Source of the DNA: an uncultured virus (IMG/VR IMGVR_UViG_3300023119_001136)
Taxonomy: Duplodnaviria; Heunggongvirae; Uroviricota; Caudoviricetes
Reading direction: 5' to 3' (one strand)
Length of the DNA: 64,000 nt
IMG/VR virus record: IMGVR_UViG_3300023119_001136
Coordinates: 1-64,000 of that record
The notes under the pieces are model-generated. The model worked only from the letters and a program-made list of their open reading frames with translations, had not been told where the DNA came from and ran no database searches. The position numbers and the translations under genes were made by a program. Below, one piece after another: positions 37,594 to 47,516 of this stretch. Each line of letters begins with the position of its first letter. The first letter of the stretch is position 1.

Positions 37594-39315
37594 TTAAACT
37601 ATGTTTATTGTGTTACCCATTACAGAATGGATTTGACATTGATAGTAAAGTGTGCTAGGAGCACTCATTGGAACTGTAAAACTAACAGTTCCTACTGCTG
37701 CACCGTTGTTAGTAACACCTGTGTTATATTGTGCACCGCCGTTGCTTACTCTAATATCAAATGGATGTCCTGTTGCATCTACTGCAAAATCATATCTTTC
37801 ACCACGTCTTAGATATAATACAGGATTATCTTCTGCTATCGGAAACCAATTATTTCCAGTGTCACTAACTGTAAATGCTGTATTAAGGCCGTTGTCTTGT
37901 ACATCAAAAATATGTTTAATTACAGCACCATCCATAGTAATGTCATTTGTTACAGTTGGAGATGATGCACTAACATATCCTCCTGTGCTGTGATCTCCCC
38001 AACTAACCGCAGTGTCCCACTGACCTACTTTTGCATCAGTAATTGTGTTTGTACCCATGTCAATATCGTTTAGGTTGGCATCTAGTGTGCCACCTAATTG
38101 TGGACTTGTATCTTGTACAATATCAGTTAAGCCGCCGCCTGATGCACCTAGTGCTACCCATGAAAGTCCATCATACACTTCTACTGCTTGTGTAGACGTA
38201 TTATAAATTAAATCACCATCTGTTGGTAATAATGCATTTCTTTCTGTGGTAGTAACATTATTTAAATTCAACGGAGAAGTTACTTGTGTTCTATTTGTAG
38301 CTTCTAAAATAAGATCATTACCTGCTCTAAGATAGAATGGTCCAGTACCTTGAATTTCTAAATCTGCACAGTTTACAACATCATCGACATATATTCCGCT
38401 TTGGAAGTTTACACTAGGAACAACAACAATTTGACTAGAGTCGTCTGTATCAATTGTGTTTGCAGAAAATTCAAAATTTGCAATGTCAGGAACTACAGGC
38501 TGGTCTGTTAGATCATTGTACGATCCACTGAAAAGTAAATTACTGTCGTCTGTTAAATCATTAACGTCAGTAGGAATATCAGGAACATTTACAAAGTTTG
38601 TATAATCAATGTAATAACTTCCCGGTTGTCCGTTTAATGTAGTAGCATCTAAGCCGCCGCCTCCTGATGTTGCATCATCTGCTGCTGCCCATTCAAACCC
38701 ATTCCATTTTAAAACTTGTCCTGAAACTGCTGATGTACTTGCATCACCTGCAACATCACTTAAATCTTGTATACTTGTAGGAACAGTAGGTCTTCCGGTT
38801 AAACTAGAATAAGCACCGTCAAATAACAGTACGTCTGCATCAGTAAGTTGATTTATGTCTGTAGGAATAGTAGGAGCACCAGTAAGACTGCTATACAGTC
38901 CGTCAAATAACAAATCACCTTGGTCGGTAAGTTGGTTGATATCCGAAGGAACAACAGGAGCGCCTGTCAAATCGTTATATTGTCCGCTGAACAATAAACT
39001 AGATGCATCTGCCAATTGGTTAATGTCTGTAGGAATTGCAGGGGCGCCTGTTACATTTAACCAATCTAAATAGTATGATCCGTCTTGTCCGTCTAGCGTA
39101 TCTGCATCAGATGTTCCGCCTACTGCCGGTGCCCATTCGTCTCCGTTCCATTGTAAAACTTCACCTACATTCGGTGTTACACTTGCTACATCTGATAAAC
39201 TTGCTAGTGTACCGCTTTCTAATGCAACAATACGAGTATCAAGATCGGTAAAGTTACCGTCTAATTCGTCAAATGTAAGTGTTGATCCTTTGACTGTTCT
39301 TAACGTAATTGCCAT
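37594..39315 (-). CDS. Fibre-like virion protein with 28-aa repeats and C-terminal cupredoxin-like domain
   Basis: ELDGNF N-terminus, PTDINQLTD repeats, GHPF...YYQCQIHSVMG. Confidence 0.75.
   Translation of the reverse strand: MAITLRTVKGSTLTFDELDGNFTDLDTRIVALESGTLASLSDVASVTPNVGEVLQWNGDEWAPAVGGTSDADTLDGQDGSYYLDWLNVTGAPAIPTDINQLADASSLLFSGQYNDLTGAPVVPSDINQLTDQGDLLFDGLYSSLTGAPTIPTDINQLTDADVLLFDGAYSSLTGRPTVPTSIQDLSDVAGDASTSAVSGQVLKWNGFEWAAADDATSGGGGLDATTLNGQPGSYYIDYTNFVNVPDIPTDVNDLTDDSNLLFSGSYNDLTDQPVVPDIANFEFSANTIDTDDSSQIVVVPSVNFQSGIYVDDVVNCADLEIQGTGPFYLRAGNDLILEATNRTQVTSPLNLNNVTTTERNALLPTDGDLIYNTSTQAVEVYDGLSWVALGASGGGLTDIVQDTSPQLGGTLDANLNDIDMGTNTITDAKVGQWDTAVSWGDHSTGGYVSASSPTVTNDITMDGAVIKHIFDVQDNGLNTAFTVSDTGNNWFPIAEDNPVLYLRRGERYDFAVDATGHPFDIRVSNGGAQYNTGVTNNGAAVGTVSFTVPMSAPSTLYYQCQIHSVMGNTINIV
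38500..39050 (-). repeat. Intragenic 28-aa (84-bp) repeats
   Basis: APxxPxDINQLxDxxxLLFxGxYxxLTG three times in tandem plus partial and dispersed copies. Confidence 0.85.
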
Positions 39316-39325
39316 TGTATTTCTC

Positions 39326-39781
39326 CTACGCTACATATCCAGGGGCAACATATCCCGGAGTTATGTATCCACTTGTTTCTTCTGTTGGTTCTGGTAACAA
39401 TGGAAAATCAAAGCCGTCGACGTTTCGTGCTTCAAAATTATTTGTTACGTCTACATCTGCTTTGAATCCTAATTTTGTTATAGAACTTCTACTGTTATTT
39501 AATATGACTGCTACTAAATTTGTTAATTGTACTTTATCATAGCCTTTTAAAGTATCTAATAAATCAAAAACAGGTATTCCATCTGCTTTTGCTTGTGAAA
39601 GTATGACTGATGCTATGCTTATAGAAGCAACTTCTTCAAATCCTCTTTTGACAAAAAATCCTACTACTGCATCGATATCTGCCGCATTATAATGAAGTGA
39701 TCTATCAAAGAATGAATTAAAAGTTCTTCTTGTGTCTAAATTACTATCATTTACTACTGTTATGTTTTCATAAGTAGACAT
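39326..39781 (-). CDS. Hypothetical (structural operon)
   Basis: 151-aa ORF coupled to the upstream gene. Confidence 0.75.
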   Translation of the reverse strand: MSTYENITVVNDSNLDTRRTFNSFFDRSLHYNAADIDAVVGFFVKRGFEEVASISIASVILSQAKADGIPVFDLLDTLKGYDKVQLTNLVAVILNNSRSSITKLGFKADVDVTNNFEARNVDGFDFPLLPEPTEETSGYITPGYVAPGYVA

Positions 39782-40992
39782 TATGCAGATTCCTGTCTAG
39801 GAACAACATAAGTTTTTCCGTTTACATTTACTAATTTTTCATTTTTGTTATCGTAACTGCCCTTAAAGGGTCTTGAGTTAGCAGGTAAATTATCTGTTAA
39901 ATCGGTTCTTTGTTGTGCAGATCTTTGTTCTGCTCCTGCTGCTTTTATATCTGCCCAATTAATACCACCTTGACCTTGCTGATTTATTCCTCTAGATGTA
40001 AGTCCTTGATTTACAATAGGTTGTAAACCTAATCTATCTAGATTTAATTTATCTCCTAAAAATTTAGAAGCAGATGTTTTTATAAAATTTTGTGCAAATG
40101 CTTCTATAGAATTAGTTCTTCCTTTTTGCGGAGACACACTTCCAAACGGTGTAGTTGTAACTCTACTGGTGCCAAAACTACTGCCTCCTTCTTGTATAGG
40201 ACTTGGTCTAGTATCATAGTGTCTTTGATCTCCAAAAGATGTAGGTGCTACACCTTCTAATAGTTCTCCTCTTTCGTAATGAACTGTTTCGTATGCTACT
40301 GTCATTGAATTAGTTGAAAATTCACTTCCTTCTGATTGCACATTATCGTGTTGGAAATCTTCTACTAATGGATTAATTAGTGTAAAGCATGTATAGTGTG
40401 TTTTTTTATTCAAAGGATGCAATTGGAAAATTTGAATAGAATCAAAAAATTGATACATTTTATTTGGTTTATCTAAACCATATCTGTAATTAAAGTTTTG
40501 AAAATATGTATTATTAGATCCAAATGCACTTCTTCTATATCTTTCGTCTGGAGCAATATCTGGTGCTGCTGAAGCACTTTGTTTTTGATGATCGCCGTCT
40601 GCATAATAATATCTAAAATATGCTTCCCACAACAATGTTGTTAGCCCTGCATTATCATCATGAAATTCAATTCTTACTGGCTGATAATCTATTCTTGTTT
40701 GTAAAAGTTTTTTTCTATTATACTGATTTAAAACTTCTACTTGTGGTCTATATTTTGGCAGTTCTGCACTTTTTGCTAAAATATGAATGTCTTCTTGTGT
40801 AAAATTATCAATGAGCGTGTCTGGTCTAACATCTGGGTTTATATTCAAAACTACATGATAGAGAAACTTGTGCTTAGGAGCAAGACGCATATTGTTAGAG
40901 CGGAATACTCTAGATGCATGATCATAATCGCCTAAATTACCTTTAGGACCATTATAGCTTTTAATATTATCAAAAAATCCTGTGAACGCCAT
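39781..40992 (-). CDS. Tail-tube-fold baseplate protein (gp54/gp48-like)
   Basis: AKSAELP...YQPVRIEFHDD...MTVAYE parallels gp19; late box 4 nt before ATG. Confidence 0.65.
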   Translation of the reverse strand: MAFTGFFDNIKSYNGPKGNLGDYDHASRVFRSNNMRLAPKHKFLYHVVLNINPDVRPDTLIDNFTQEDIHILAKSAELPKYRPQVEVLNQYNRKKLLQTRIDYQPVRIEFHDDNAGLTTLLWEAYFRYYYADGDHQKQSASAAPDIAPDERYRRSAFGSNNTYFQNFNYRYGLDKPNKMYQFFDSIQIFQLHPLNKKTHYTCFTLINPLVEDFQHDNVQSEGSEFSTNSMTVAYETVHYERGELLEGVAPTSFGDQRHYDTRPSPIQEGGSSFGTSRVTTTPFGSVSPQKGRTNSIEAFAQNFIKTSASKFLGDKLNLDRLGLQPIVNQGLTSRGINQQGQGGINWADIKAAGAEQRSAQQRTDLTDNLPANSRPFKGSYDNKNEKLVNVNGKTYVVPRQESA

Positions 40993-41028
40993 ACTGTATT
41001 TATCGTTTATGTAAAGTGTGTGGATAAT

Positions 41029-41054
41029 AAAAAAGGGAACCGAAGTTCCCTTTT
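41029..41054. terminator. Intrinsic terminator after tail tube gene (potentially bidirectional)
   Basis: GGGAAC-TTCG-GTTCCC on minus strand with A/T runs on both sides. Confidence 0.85.
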
Positions 41055-41077
41055 CTAAAGCAATCTCTTATTTGCTA

Positions 41078-41695
41078 TTAACCAGTTGTACCAGTTCCAA
41101 TTGTTCTAGGAACTGCTGCTCCTACTCCTTCACCATTTGGTGTTTGTACAGCATTATCATACTGTATTGTAACTGATGTTTGTACTGGTTCACTGTTTGC
41201 ATATGCTAAGGAATTATAGTTGACTTCTGTTAAGTAGCAACCATAAATTTCCCAAGTTTCTAACACACCTGCTTCTGCTGCTCCATTACCGCCATCTAAA
41301 ATTTCAATGTTAGTTTGGAACTTATAATCAATACCAGATGCAGCACTTGCTTGATTAATAAAGTCAAATTGTTTCTGAAGTTGTTCGCCAACTAGTTTTT
41401 GCACACTGTTGTTTACATCTTCACGTAATGTAATTGTAATTGGGTTCCATGTGTGTTTACCTGCCAAATGTACAGTTGAATTGTATACCGGAATTGGCAT
41501 GTTTTCGAACGTCAAGTTCGGTCTTGCAGCATCGATAACTTGTTTGGTTAATTCAGTAGTTGATGCAGTAACGCCAAAGTTAATAAAGTTTACTCTAAAA
41601 CGGTATTGTAGTTTTGGCATTAACAAGCCTTCAGATGTTGCACTCTGGTCGCTTGCTAATGGAACACTTAATTTTGTTAATGATGAGATTGCCAT
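41078..41695 (-). CDS. gp19: Tail tube protein
   Basis: YRFRV, AARP, AGKHTWNPITITLRED, WEIYGCY, IQYD; follows sheath. Confidence 0.9.
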   Translation of the reverse strand: MAISSLTKLSVPLASDQSATSEGLLMPKLQYRFRVNFINFGVTASTTELTKQVIDAARPNLTFENMPIPVYNSTVHLAGKHTWNPITITLREDVNNSVQKLVGEQLQKQFDFINQASAASGIDYKFQTNIEILDGGNGAAEAGVLETWEIYGCYLTEVNYNSLAYANSEPVQTSVTIQYDNAVQTPNGEGVGAAVPRTIGTGTTG

Positions 41696-41728
41696 TTAAT
41701 ATTTCTCCTATTCACAAGTATTTATCAG

Positions 41729-41756
41729 TTTAGGGTCAACTTTCGCTGACCCTAAA
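41729..41756 (-). promoter_or_regulatory. Hairpin between sheath and tube, next to a late box (41719-41724)
   Basis: TTTAGGGTCAGC-GAAA-GTTGACCCTAAA. Confidence 0.6.
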
Positions 41757-41764
41757 TTCAGTGA

Positions 41765-44700
41765 TTATAAACTTGCAATTTCTCCTGTGTTTTTAAGACG
41801 TAGTGGAATGTAAATAAACTCAACACTCTTAACTGGTTCGATAGCAACGTCCACATATAGTTCGTTTTTATCAATTCTTGTTGGAGTATTGTTTGTTTCA
41901 TCACATACAACTAGATAGTCAAAAATTGCTCTCAATGATGTAAGTTCAATTAGTAGACTTTCAACTTGTCCTTTAATGCTATCTCTTGTAATCTTATCAT
42001 TTGGTTCAAAGACGAAAGGTTTAGCAAGTGTTTTAAGTTGACTACGTAAGTAAACTACAAGTCTAGCAACATTTACTCTATCTAGTGAACTTGCATTTGC
42101 TGCACGAGTTTTCTGTCCAAAGATAACAAGTCCTGCTCCGTTAATAAACGAAATTGGGTTAATATTCTTAGAATATAGTGTATCTCTTTGTCCTTCGTTT
42201 AGTGCAACACTAGTAAATTCTCCTTCACTATCAATGTAACCTGATGCTGTTGCATTAGTTACACTACCACGTCTTGTACCTGCTGGAGCAAACCAGGGGA
42301 ATGCAACTTGGTCGTTAAGTGCAATAGTTCTTAGTGCCATGTGCGATGCTGGAACAACAATATTGTTACCTGCATTGTCACTTGTAAATCCTGCTGGATA
42401 GTACATGCCTAAGTATTCATCACTTGTAACTGCACCGTCATCATTATCTTCTACTGCGCCTGCAATGTTGTTTGCCCAGTTTGTTAATGATGTGCTATCA
42501 GGTGTTAGTCTCATCGGAGTATCACCTACAACAAACGCTGTTAATCCACGATCGTTGTTTAGTGTTACCATTTCACCAATTAGTTCCGGATAACCTGGAG
42601 TTGAAATCAAGTTAAAGATTCTTGATTCATCATCGCGGATATCTTGGTTGCTGTTCATTTCTGCTTGTAACGCTTGTACAACAATTTTACGCTGTGCTTT
42701 GCGTCCAAATGATCCTGAACCATCTTCGTTGTTTGCTGATTTTGTTACCCAACGGTTAGCATAGTAGCCTGCCATTGATTCGTCGCCATTACGACCATTT
42801 TCAGCATTGATATCAATATGATCACGCTTGAATTCTTTTACGTTGAATCCACTTCTACGTGTATTCCATAGCAACATACCTTTTGGATATAGTGCTGGAT
42901 CTGGAGCATCTGGATCTAAATAGTTGCTTACTAGTAGATCTGCAATATCACCTGCTTCGTCACTGTTTGCGCCTGCTGTGTTATAACGTGCATCTGCAAA
43001 TAGTACACCATTTTCAGTTGTTTGATCTGTGCTGTCTAGTAATGCCCAAACACCTGCTGCTGTCCATCTGTAAACTTGTGGATAGTTTTCTAAGTCTGCT
43101 GTTGAAATCCAAAGATCGCCAACAACTAGCGCACTTCCGTCTGACTGTTCTGTTGGAGCACTTGCTGCAACAATCGGTCCTGCTGGATCGTTTGTGCTAC
43201 TTGCACCGACTAATCCGCCACCTGTGTGATCAAAATTATGATAACCAACCCATGATGTACCATTATGAATCATCATATCTACTTCATCTACTACGCTGCT
43301 ATACCATAGCGCACCATCTGCTGGTGTACTTGTAGGTGCACCTTCTGAAGCAGTGTATGATAATGTTTTCCACCATGTAACAATATATTGCTTAGGTGAT
43401 GTGCTTGAGTCAGTACCCGGTGTGTAATAGAAGTTTGTAGTAGTTGTAGGATCTGTTGAATCAAACACTGTATATGCATTATCAACAATACCATCTGTAT
43501 CAACAATACGAATTTCGCCACCTAGTGCATGTGAAATTACAACTCTGTTTTGTGAATCTACGTTTGCACTTACATTTGTAAATCCTGCTGAGTTAATATC
43601 ACCTGCTAGTGTATCTGCATCAGCAGTTGCACCTGTTGCTGTAAACGAAATTGTTTTTGCACTATCCATTGAGTTTTGTCCTGATAAACTTTCTGACATT
43701 GTAAATGAATATGTGCCTGCTGGGAACGTAGATGCTGTAATTTTTGTTGATGTAATTGTAACCGCACCGCTTCCACTCTTACGATAAATCTTAAAGTTTG
43801 CTAAGTTGTCGTAAGCTTCTTCGCTTGTGTTACTTTGTACATAGATAGAACCTTCTGCAATACCAGCACCGCCACCTGATGTATCCATTTCATAAATTGC
43901 TGTGTGGTTATTTGCATAGATTGGAGCATTTACAGTTGTCCAAGCATCTGTTGCTGAACTGTACTGTTTTACACTCCAGTTTGCACCCAAATTAGGTGTT
44001 GTTGTTTTAACCCAAATAGAACCTGTTGGTCTTGGTTCTGTGTCATTTGTTTTATACTCTGGAACACTTGTATGTGCAGCAATAGTTAGTTCTGGTGAGT
44101 AATATTCGCCAGCTGTTATGCCTAAAGCACTTAACAATGCTGCATCACCAAAAACATCGATCAAGTCGCCTTGGCCGCCAGTTGTACCACCAGCATTATA
44201 TAGTGAAAGTCTTCCGTTGTTATTTTTTGCAGTTACGCCTGCACTTGCAAGTCCTGCATCTACGTTAATTTGTCCAACTAAAGATGTAACAGTTGTACCT
44301 GTAAGTGTAATTGTATGCTCTGTTGAAGTACTGTTTGCTTCTTCAACACGAATAATTAATTCTTGACCAATTGTAAGTGTTGGATTTGCTGCTGTACCAG
44401 TTACTGCTGGCCAACTTTTTCTCCATGCAGCGCCACCTACTTCTACCCAAGTACCGTCTGCATTTTTATACCATAGTTTGTTAGTAGTTGTAACTGCTAC
44501 TAATGCATAGTCGCCTACAGCACCTACTGATGTTTTTGGTGTGTAGTCTGCACCTGCATAATCAACAACTTTTGTTGTATCTGTAATTACAGTAGGAACT
44601 CTGTTAGTAAAAGTTTGTCCACCTGTTGTTGTCGCTGCTGCGCCATTCCATTCAAATATACCGTAGAATGAATCATTTGTATCAAACCACCATGCACCAT

Positions 44701-45094
44701 TAGCAGGCTTGCCTGCTGTTTCTGTTGCACTTGCTGTGATTGCATCCATGTCTACTGGTGCTCTAACAACATACGCTCTATTTGCTACGCCTAAGAAACT
44801 GTATGCTGCTTGTAAACCATATTCGTTTTGCTCGCCCCCATGAATCGAAGCACCATTGTTATCTGTGTAGAACAATGGATCGCCGAATGTTTCTGATAGT
44901 TCACGCTGTGAACTCATCAAATATACTTTGCCAGCATTTGCTGCTGTTGTACCTGGGGCAATACCTGTGCCTGCAGGATTTGATTTATCTTGTTTTGTTG
45001 CCACAAAAATTAGTGGTGTTGTACCTGGTTCAGCAGGAGTGTAAAAACTCTCGTCTATAACGCTGACCTGTACGCCTGGTGATGTTAAAGCCAT
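41765..45094 (-). CDS. gp18: Tail sheath protein (1109 aa, large insertion domains)
   Basis: SPGVQVSVIDES, WFAPAG..RG, INPI, RVNVARL, FEPND...R, P.KSVEFIYI. Confidence 0.95.
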   Translation of the reverse strand: MALTSPGVQVSVIDESFYTPAEPGTTPLIFVATKQDKSNPAGTGIAPGTTAANAGKVYLMSSQRELSETFGDPLFYTDNNGASIHGGEQNEYGLQAAYSFLGVANRAYVVRAPVDMDAITASATETAGKPANGAWWFDTNDSFYGIFEWNGAAATTTGGQTFTNRVPTVITDTTKVVDYAGADYTPKTSVGAVGDYALVAVTTTNKLWYKNADGTWVEVGGAAWRKSWPAVTGTAANPTLTIGQELIIRVEEANSTSTEHTITLTGTTVTSLVGQINVDAGLASAGVTAKNNNGRLSLYNAGGTTGGQGDLIDVFGDAALLSALGITAGEYYSPELTIAAHTSVPEYKTNDTEPRPTGSIWVKTTTPNLGANWSVKQYSSATDAWTTVNAPIYANNHTAIYEMDTSGGGAGIAEGSIYVQSNTSEEAYDNLANFKIYRKSGSGAVTITSTKITASTFPAGTYSFTMSESLSGQNSMDSAKTISFTATGATADADTLAGDINSAGFTNVSANVDSQNRVVISHALGGEIRIVDTDGIVDNAYTVFDSTDPTTTTNFYYTPGTDSSTSPKQYIVTWWKTLSYTASEGAPTSTPADGALWYSSVVDEVDMMIHNGTSWVGYHNFDHTGGGLVGASSTNDPAGPIVAASAPTEQSDGSALVVGDLWISTADLENYPQVYRWTAAGVWALLDSTDQTTENGVLFADARYNTAGANSDEAGDIADLLVSNYLDPDAPDPALYPKGMLLWNTRRSGFNVKEFKRDHIDINAENGRNGDESMAGYYANRWVTKSANNEDGSGSFGRKAQRKIVVQALQAEMNSNQDIRDDESRIFNLISTPGYPELIGEMVTLNNDRGLTAFVVGDTPMRLTPDSTSLTNWANNIAGAVEDNDDGAVTSDEYLGMYYPAGFTSDNAGNNIVVPASHMALRTIALNDQVAFPWFAPAGTRRGSVTNATASGYIDSEGEFTSVALNEGQRDTLYSKNINPISFINGAGLVIFGQKTRAANASSLDRVNVARLVVYLRSQLKTLAKPFVFEPNDKITRDSIKGQVESLLIELTSLRAIFDYLVVCDETNNTPTRIDKNELYVDVAIEPVKSVEFIYIPLRLKNTGEIASL

Positions 45095-45192
45095 TTTTTT
45101 AATCTCCTTTGGGATTTCACTATTGCTATATTATATTTACCAGTATGCATAGAAATATACCTAAAATACATGGTAAAACACGCATTTTATAC

Positions 45193-45221
45193 TTGACAAA
45201 TATAATATTTTTTGTTATTAT
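45193..45221 (+). promoter_or_regulatory. Sigma70-type promoter
   Basis: TTGACA-17nt-TATTAT with TGn; AGGAGG downstream. Confidence 0.8.
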
Positions 45222-45243
45222 CAAGGATAACTTAGGAGGCATC

Positions 45244-45519
45244 ATGAGCATAGATTATAAATTTGACGAAAACCAATATATTGAAGAATTTGCAAAATAT
45301 ATCGATTCAACATATGGTCAACATTATGCAAAGGACAAATTCCAAGCCACTGAGTTTATTGTTGATGGCGGACACGGAACAGGCTTTTGTATTGGTAATG
45401 TTTTAAAGTATGCACAAAGATATGGCAAAAAAGGTACACGCGAAGATGCACGTAAAGATTTAATGAAAGTTTTACATTATGCATTAATGCAAATGTATGT
45501 TCACGATAACAATCTATAG
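45244..45519 (+). CDS. DUF3310-like protein (T7 gp1.7-related, putative nucleotide kinase)
   Basis: HY...FCIGNVLKYAQRYGKK...DLMKVLHY; start moved to MSIDY. Confidence 0.8.
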   Translation: MSIDYKFDENQYIEEFAKYIDSTYGQHYAKDKFQATEFIVDGGHGTGFCIGNVLKYAQRYGKKGTREDARKDLMKVLHYALMQMYVHDNNL

Positions 45520-45996
45520 TTGTTTAAGCCAAACATTGTTTGTACCAACATCGTAATCTACTATCAGTTCGTTTACTGCTTGATAAACACCTGCATAATC
45601 AATATCATGACCAGTTAACCAGCCACCTTTTTTAACCTTAGGTGTATATGCTCTTATGTCTCTGCACACCCAAGGATAACTGTGATCTGCATCTATAAAA
45701 ACTAAATCTTGAGAATTATCAGGAATATTTTTTGCACAATAATCGCTTAATCCTGCAAACGGTTTTAGCCTATCTCCGTACTTTTCTTGGATTTGTTTAT
45801 TATAAAACCCTCTAATACTTTTATCTATTGCGTAAATCACAAGATCGGGATTATTATCTAATAAATGAAATGTTGTTCTGCCATCTCTTACACCTACTTC
45901 GGTCATTGTTTTAATATTGTGTTTTTTTATCCACCAATTTAAAAAATGTTTTCTATTAGGTTTTCCTGTGTATTCAATTGTCTGATCTAAATTCAT
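45514..45996 (-). CDS. Class I SAM methyltransferase (Methyltransf_24-like)
   Basis: EVGVRDG, VFIDADHSY, GGWLTGHD. Confidence 0.85.
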   Translation of the reverse strand: MNLDQTIEYTGKPNRKHFLNWWIKKHNIKTMTEVGVRDGRTTFHLLDNNPDLVIYAIDKSIRGFYNKQIQEKYGDRLKPFAGLSDYCAKNIPDNSQDLVFIDADHSYPWVCRDIRAYTPKVKKGGWLTGHDIDYAGVYQAVNELIVDYDVGTNNVWLKQL

Positions 45997-46685
45997 TTCA
46001 TACCTATCCGCATAAATCTTGTATATTTTGTTAAAGATAATTCTCCTTCATAAAAAACGTGCATAGGTGTTTGTTCAGCAAATGTTTGTAAATTAGAAAC
46101 ACAATTTATATGCTGTTCGTGTTCGTAATAGTTATTATTTTGTAATGCAACTATTGTGCCTGATGGAATGTCGTCATACCATTGCGTAAAATCTTCTATA
46201 TGTTCACAACTTGTATTGATAATTGTATTAGGCATTTCAGTTAGTTCTAAACTTGTACCGTTTGCCCTAAAAGTTTCATGTGTAGTAGGATATGTCATTT
46301 TTCTAATATCTAATGTGCTTGCTTTAAATTGCCAGCCATCCATTACATATGGTCGATTAATATTATCAGCAACATCTGCACAACTTGGATCTATATCAAA
46401 GCTTCTAATCTTTTCAAACTTATCAGGAATGTATTCAAACATCATACCTGCAAGGGTGCCAAACCAGCCTGCACATATAAAAACTGTACCCATATCATTG
46501 GGTAAGTTTTCTACCATCCATTTTTTACTTTTCAATTGTCCTAAACTATACGCATCTACCATTGCATATTCAACTTCAGGAAATTTATGTAAAGTCCTTT
46601 TAAGTTGAGACACAGTTACGTTTTCAGGGTATAAAAATTCTAAACCGTTTAGGAATTGAATTACACTGCTGCTAAATTGTTGCAT
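45993..46685 (-). CDS. Putative SAM-dependent methyltransferase
   Basis: ICAGWFG, SFDIDP, INTSCEH; TATAAATA 4 nt before ATG. Confidence 0.7.
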   Translation of the reverse strand: MQQFSSSVIQFLNGLEFLYPENVTVSQLKRTLHKFPEVEYAMVDAYSLGQLKSKKWMVENLPNDMGTVFICAGWFGTLAGMMFEYIPDKFEKIRSFDIDPSCADVADNINRPYVMDGWQFKASTLDIRKMTYPTTHETFRANGTSLELTEMPNTIINTSCEHIEDFTQWYDDIPSGTIVALQNNNYYEHEQHINCVSNLQTFAEQTPMHVFYEGELSLTKYTRFMRIGMK

Positions 46686-46710
46686 AGTGTATTTATATTA
46701 AATGCGTAGT

Positions 46711-47472
46711 TTATCCTATAACAAAACTATAACCTGTGCCGCCTGCAACATTTAATGCTGCTTCTGCGTCAAGTTTTTCCATTTCTGCTTGCGCTTCTGC
46801 TTTTAAACTTGCACCGTTTAAACTAGTACCACCTTGTGGTCCTGCAATTGTTGCAAACTTTTCACGTGCTTCGCCTAACATATACTTACATGCTGCTAAT
46901 GTATAATCTTTGATCCATTGCTTTGAAAGATAGTCTTCTAGCAATTGCGAGTCAGGACGGAAATTGTAGCAATACAACAAAATTTCTTCATCTGCTCTTG
47001 GACGTTGTAGTATTGTTAACTTTTTTGTAGGACTATTCCATGTAAATTCTATAAAGGAACCAAACATTCTACCTACCAATTCTTGATAACTTGCAAACAT
47101 GTAGTAAGTTGCGAGGCCGCCTACAGCAGAACTTGCTAACAAATATGTATTAGTATATGCAAGATTAAATGGCTCGTATAGTGTTCCGCCATCACCTCCA
47201 GCAGATCTACTACCTACACTTCTTCTAAAACACTGTCTTACTTCTTGTATTTCATTTGGAAGAATATAATCATTTTGATCTTCAACTAAAGTTAATGTGA
47301 CATAACTTTCTTCTACACTATGATCAACACGCTGTCTATACCTACTAAGTGCCTTTGTTAAAGCAGTTTCATAGTGTATTGGATCAAGTTCAACATCGAC
47401 CATACCGCCACCTAAAAAGGCTTTTACATAGTCGAAAATTTCTTGTTTTTGTTCAATGTAGTTTGCTGCCAT
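46711..47472 (-). CDS. gp13: Neck protein (T4 gp13-like)
   Basis: LGGGMVDVEL, WIKDYTLA..K..LG....KF, PQGG..LNG; start moved to MAANY. Confidence 0.88.
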   Translation of the reverse strand: MAANYIEQKQEIFDYVKAFLGGGMVDVELDPIHYETALTKALSRYRQRVDHSVEESYVTLTLVEDQNDYILPNEIQEVRQCFRRSVGSRSAGGDGGTLYEPFNLAYTNTYLLASSAVGGLATYYMFASYQELVGRMFGSFIEFTWNSPTKKLTILQRPRADEEILLYCYNFRPDSQLLEDYLSKQWIKDYTLAACKYMLGEAREKFATIAGPQGGTSLNGASLKAEAQAEMEKLDAEAALNVAGGTGYSFVIG

Positions 47473-47489
47473 AAAAGTTCTCCGTATTG

Positions 47490-47511
47490 TATTTATTCGT
47501 TGCGATAAATA
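47490..47511. promoter_or_regulatory. Back-to-back late promoters for gp13 and gp14
   Basis: TAAATA on - at 47490-47495 and on + at 47506-47511. Confidence 0.75.
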
Positions 47512-47516
47512 TATGT

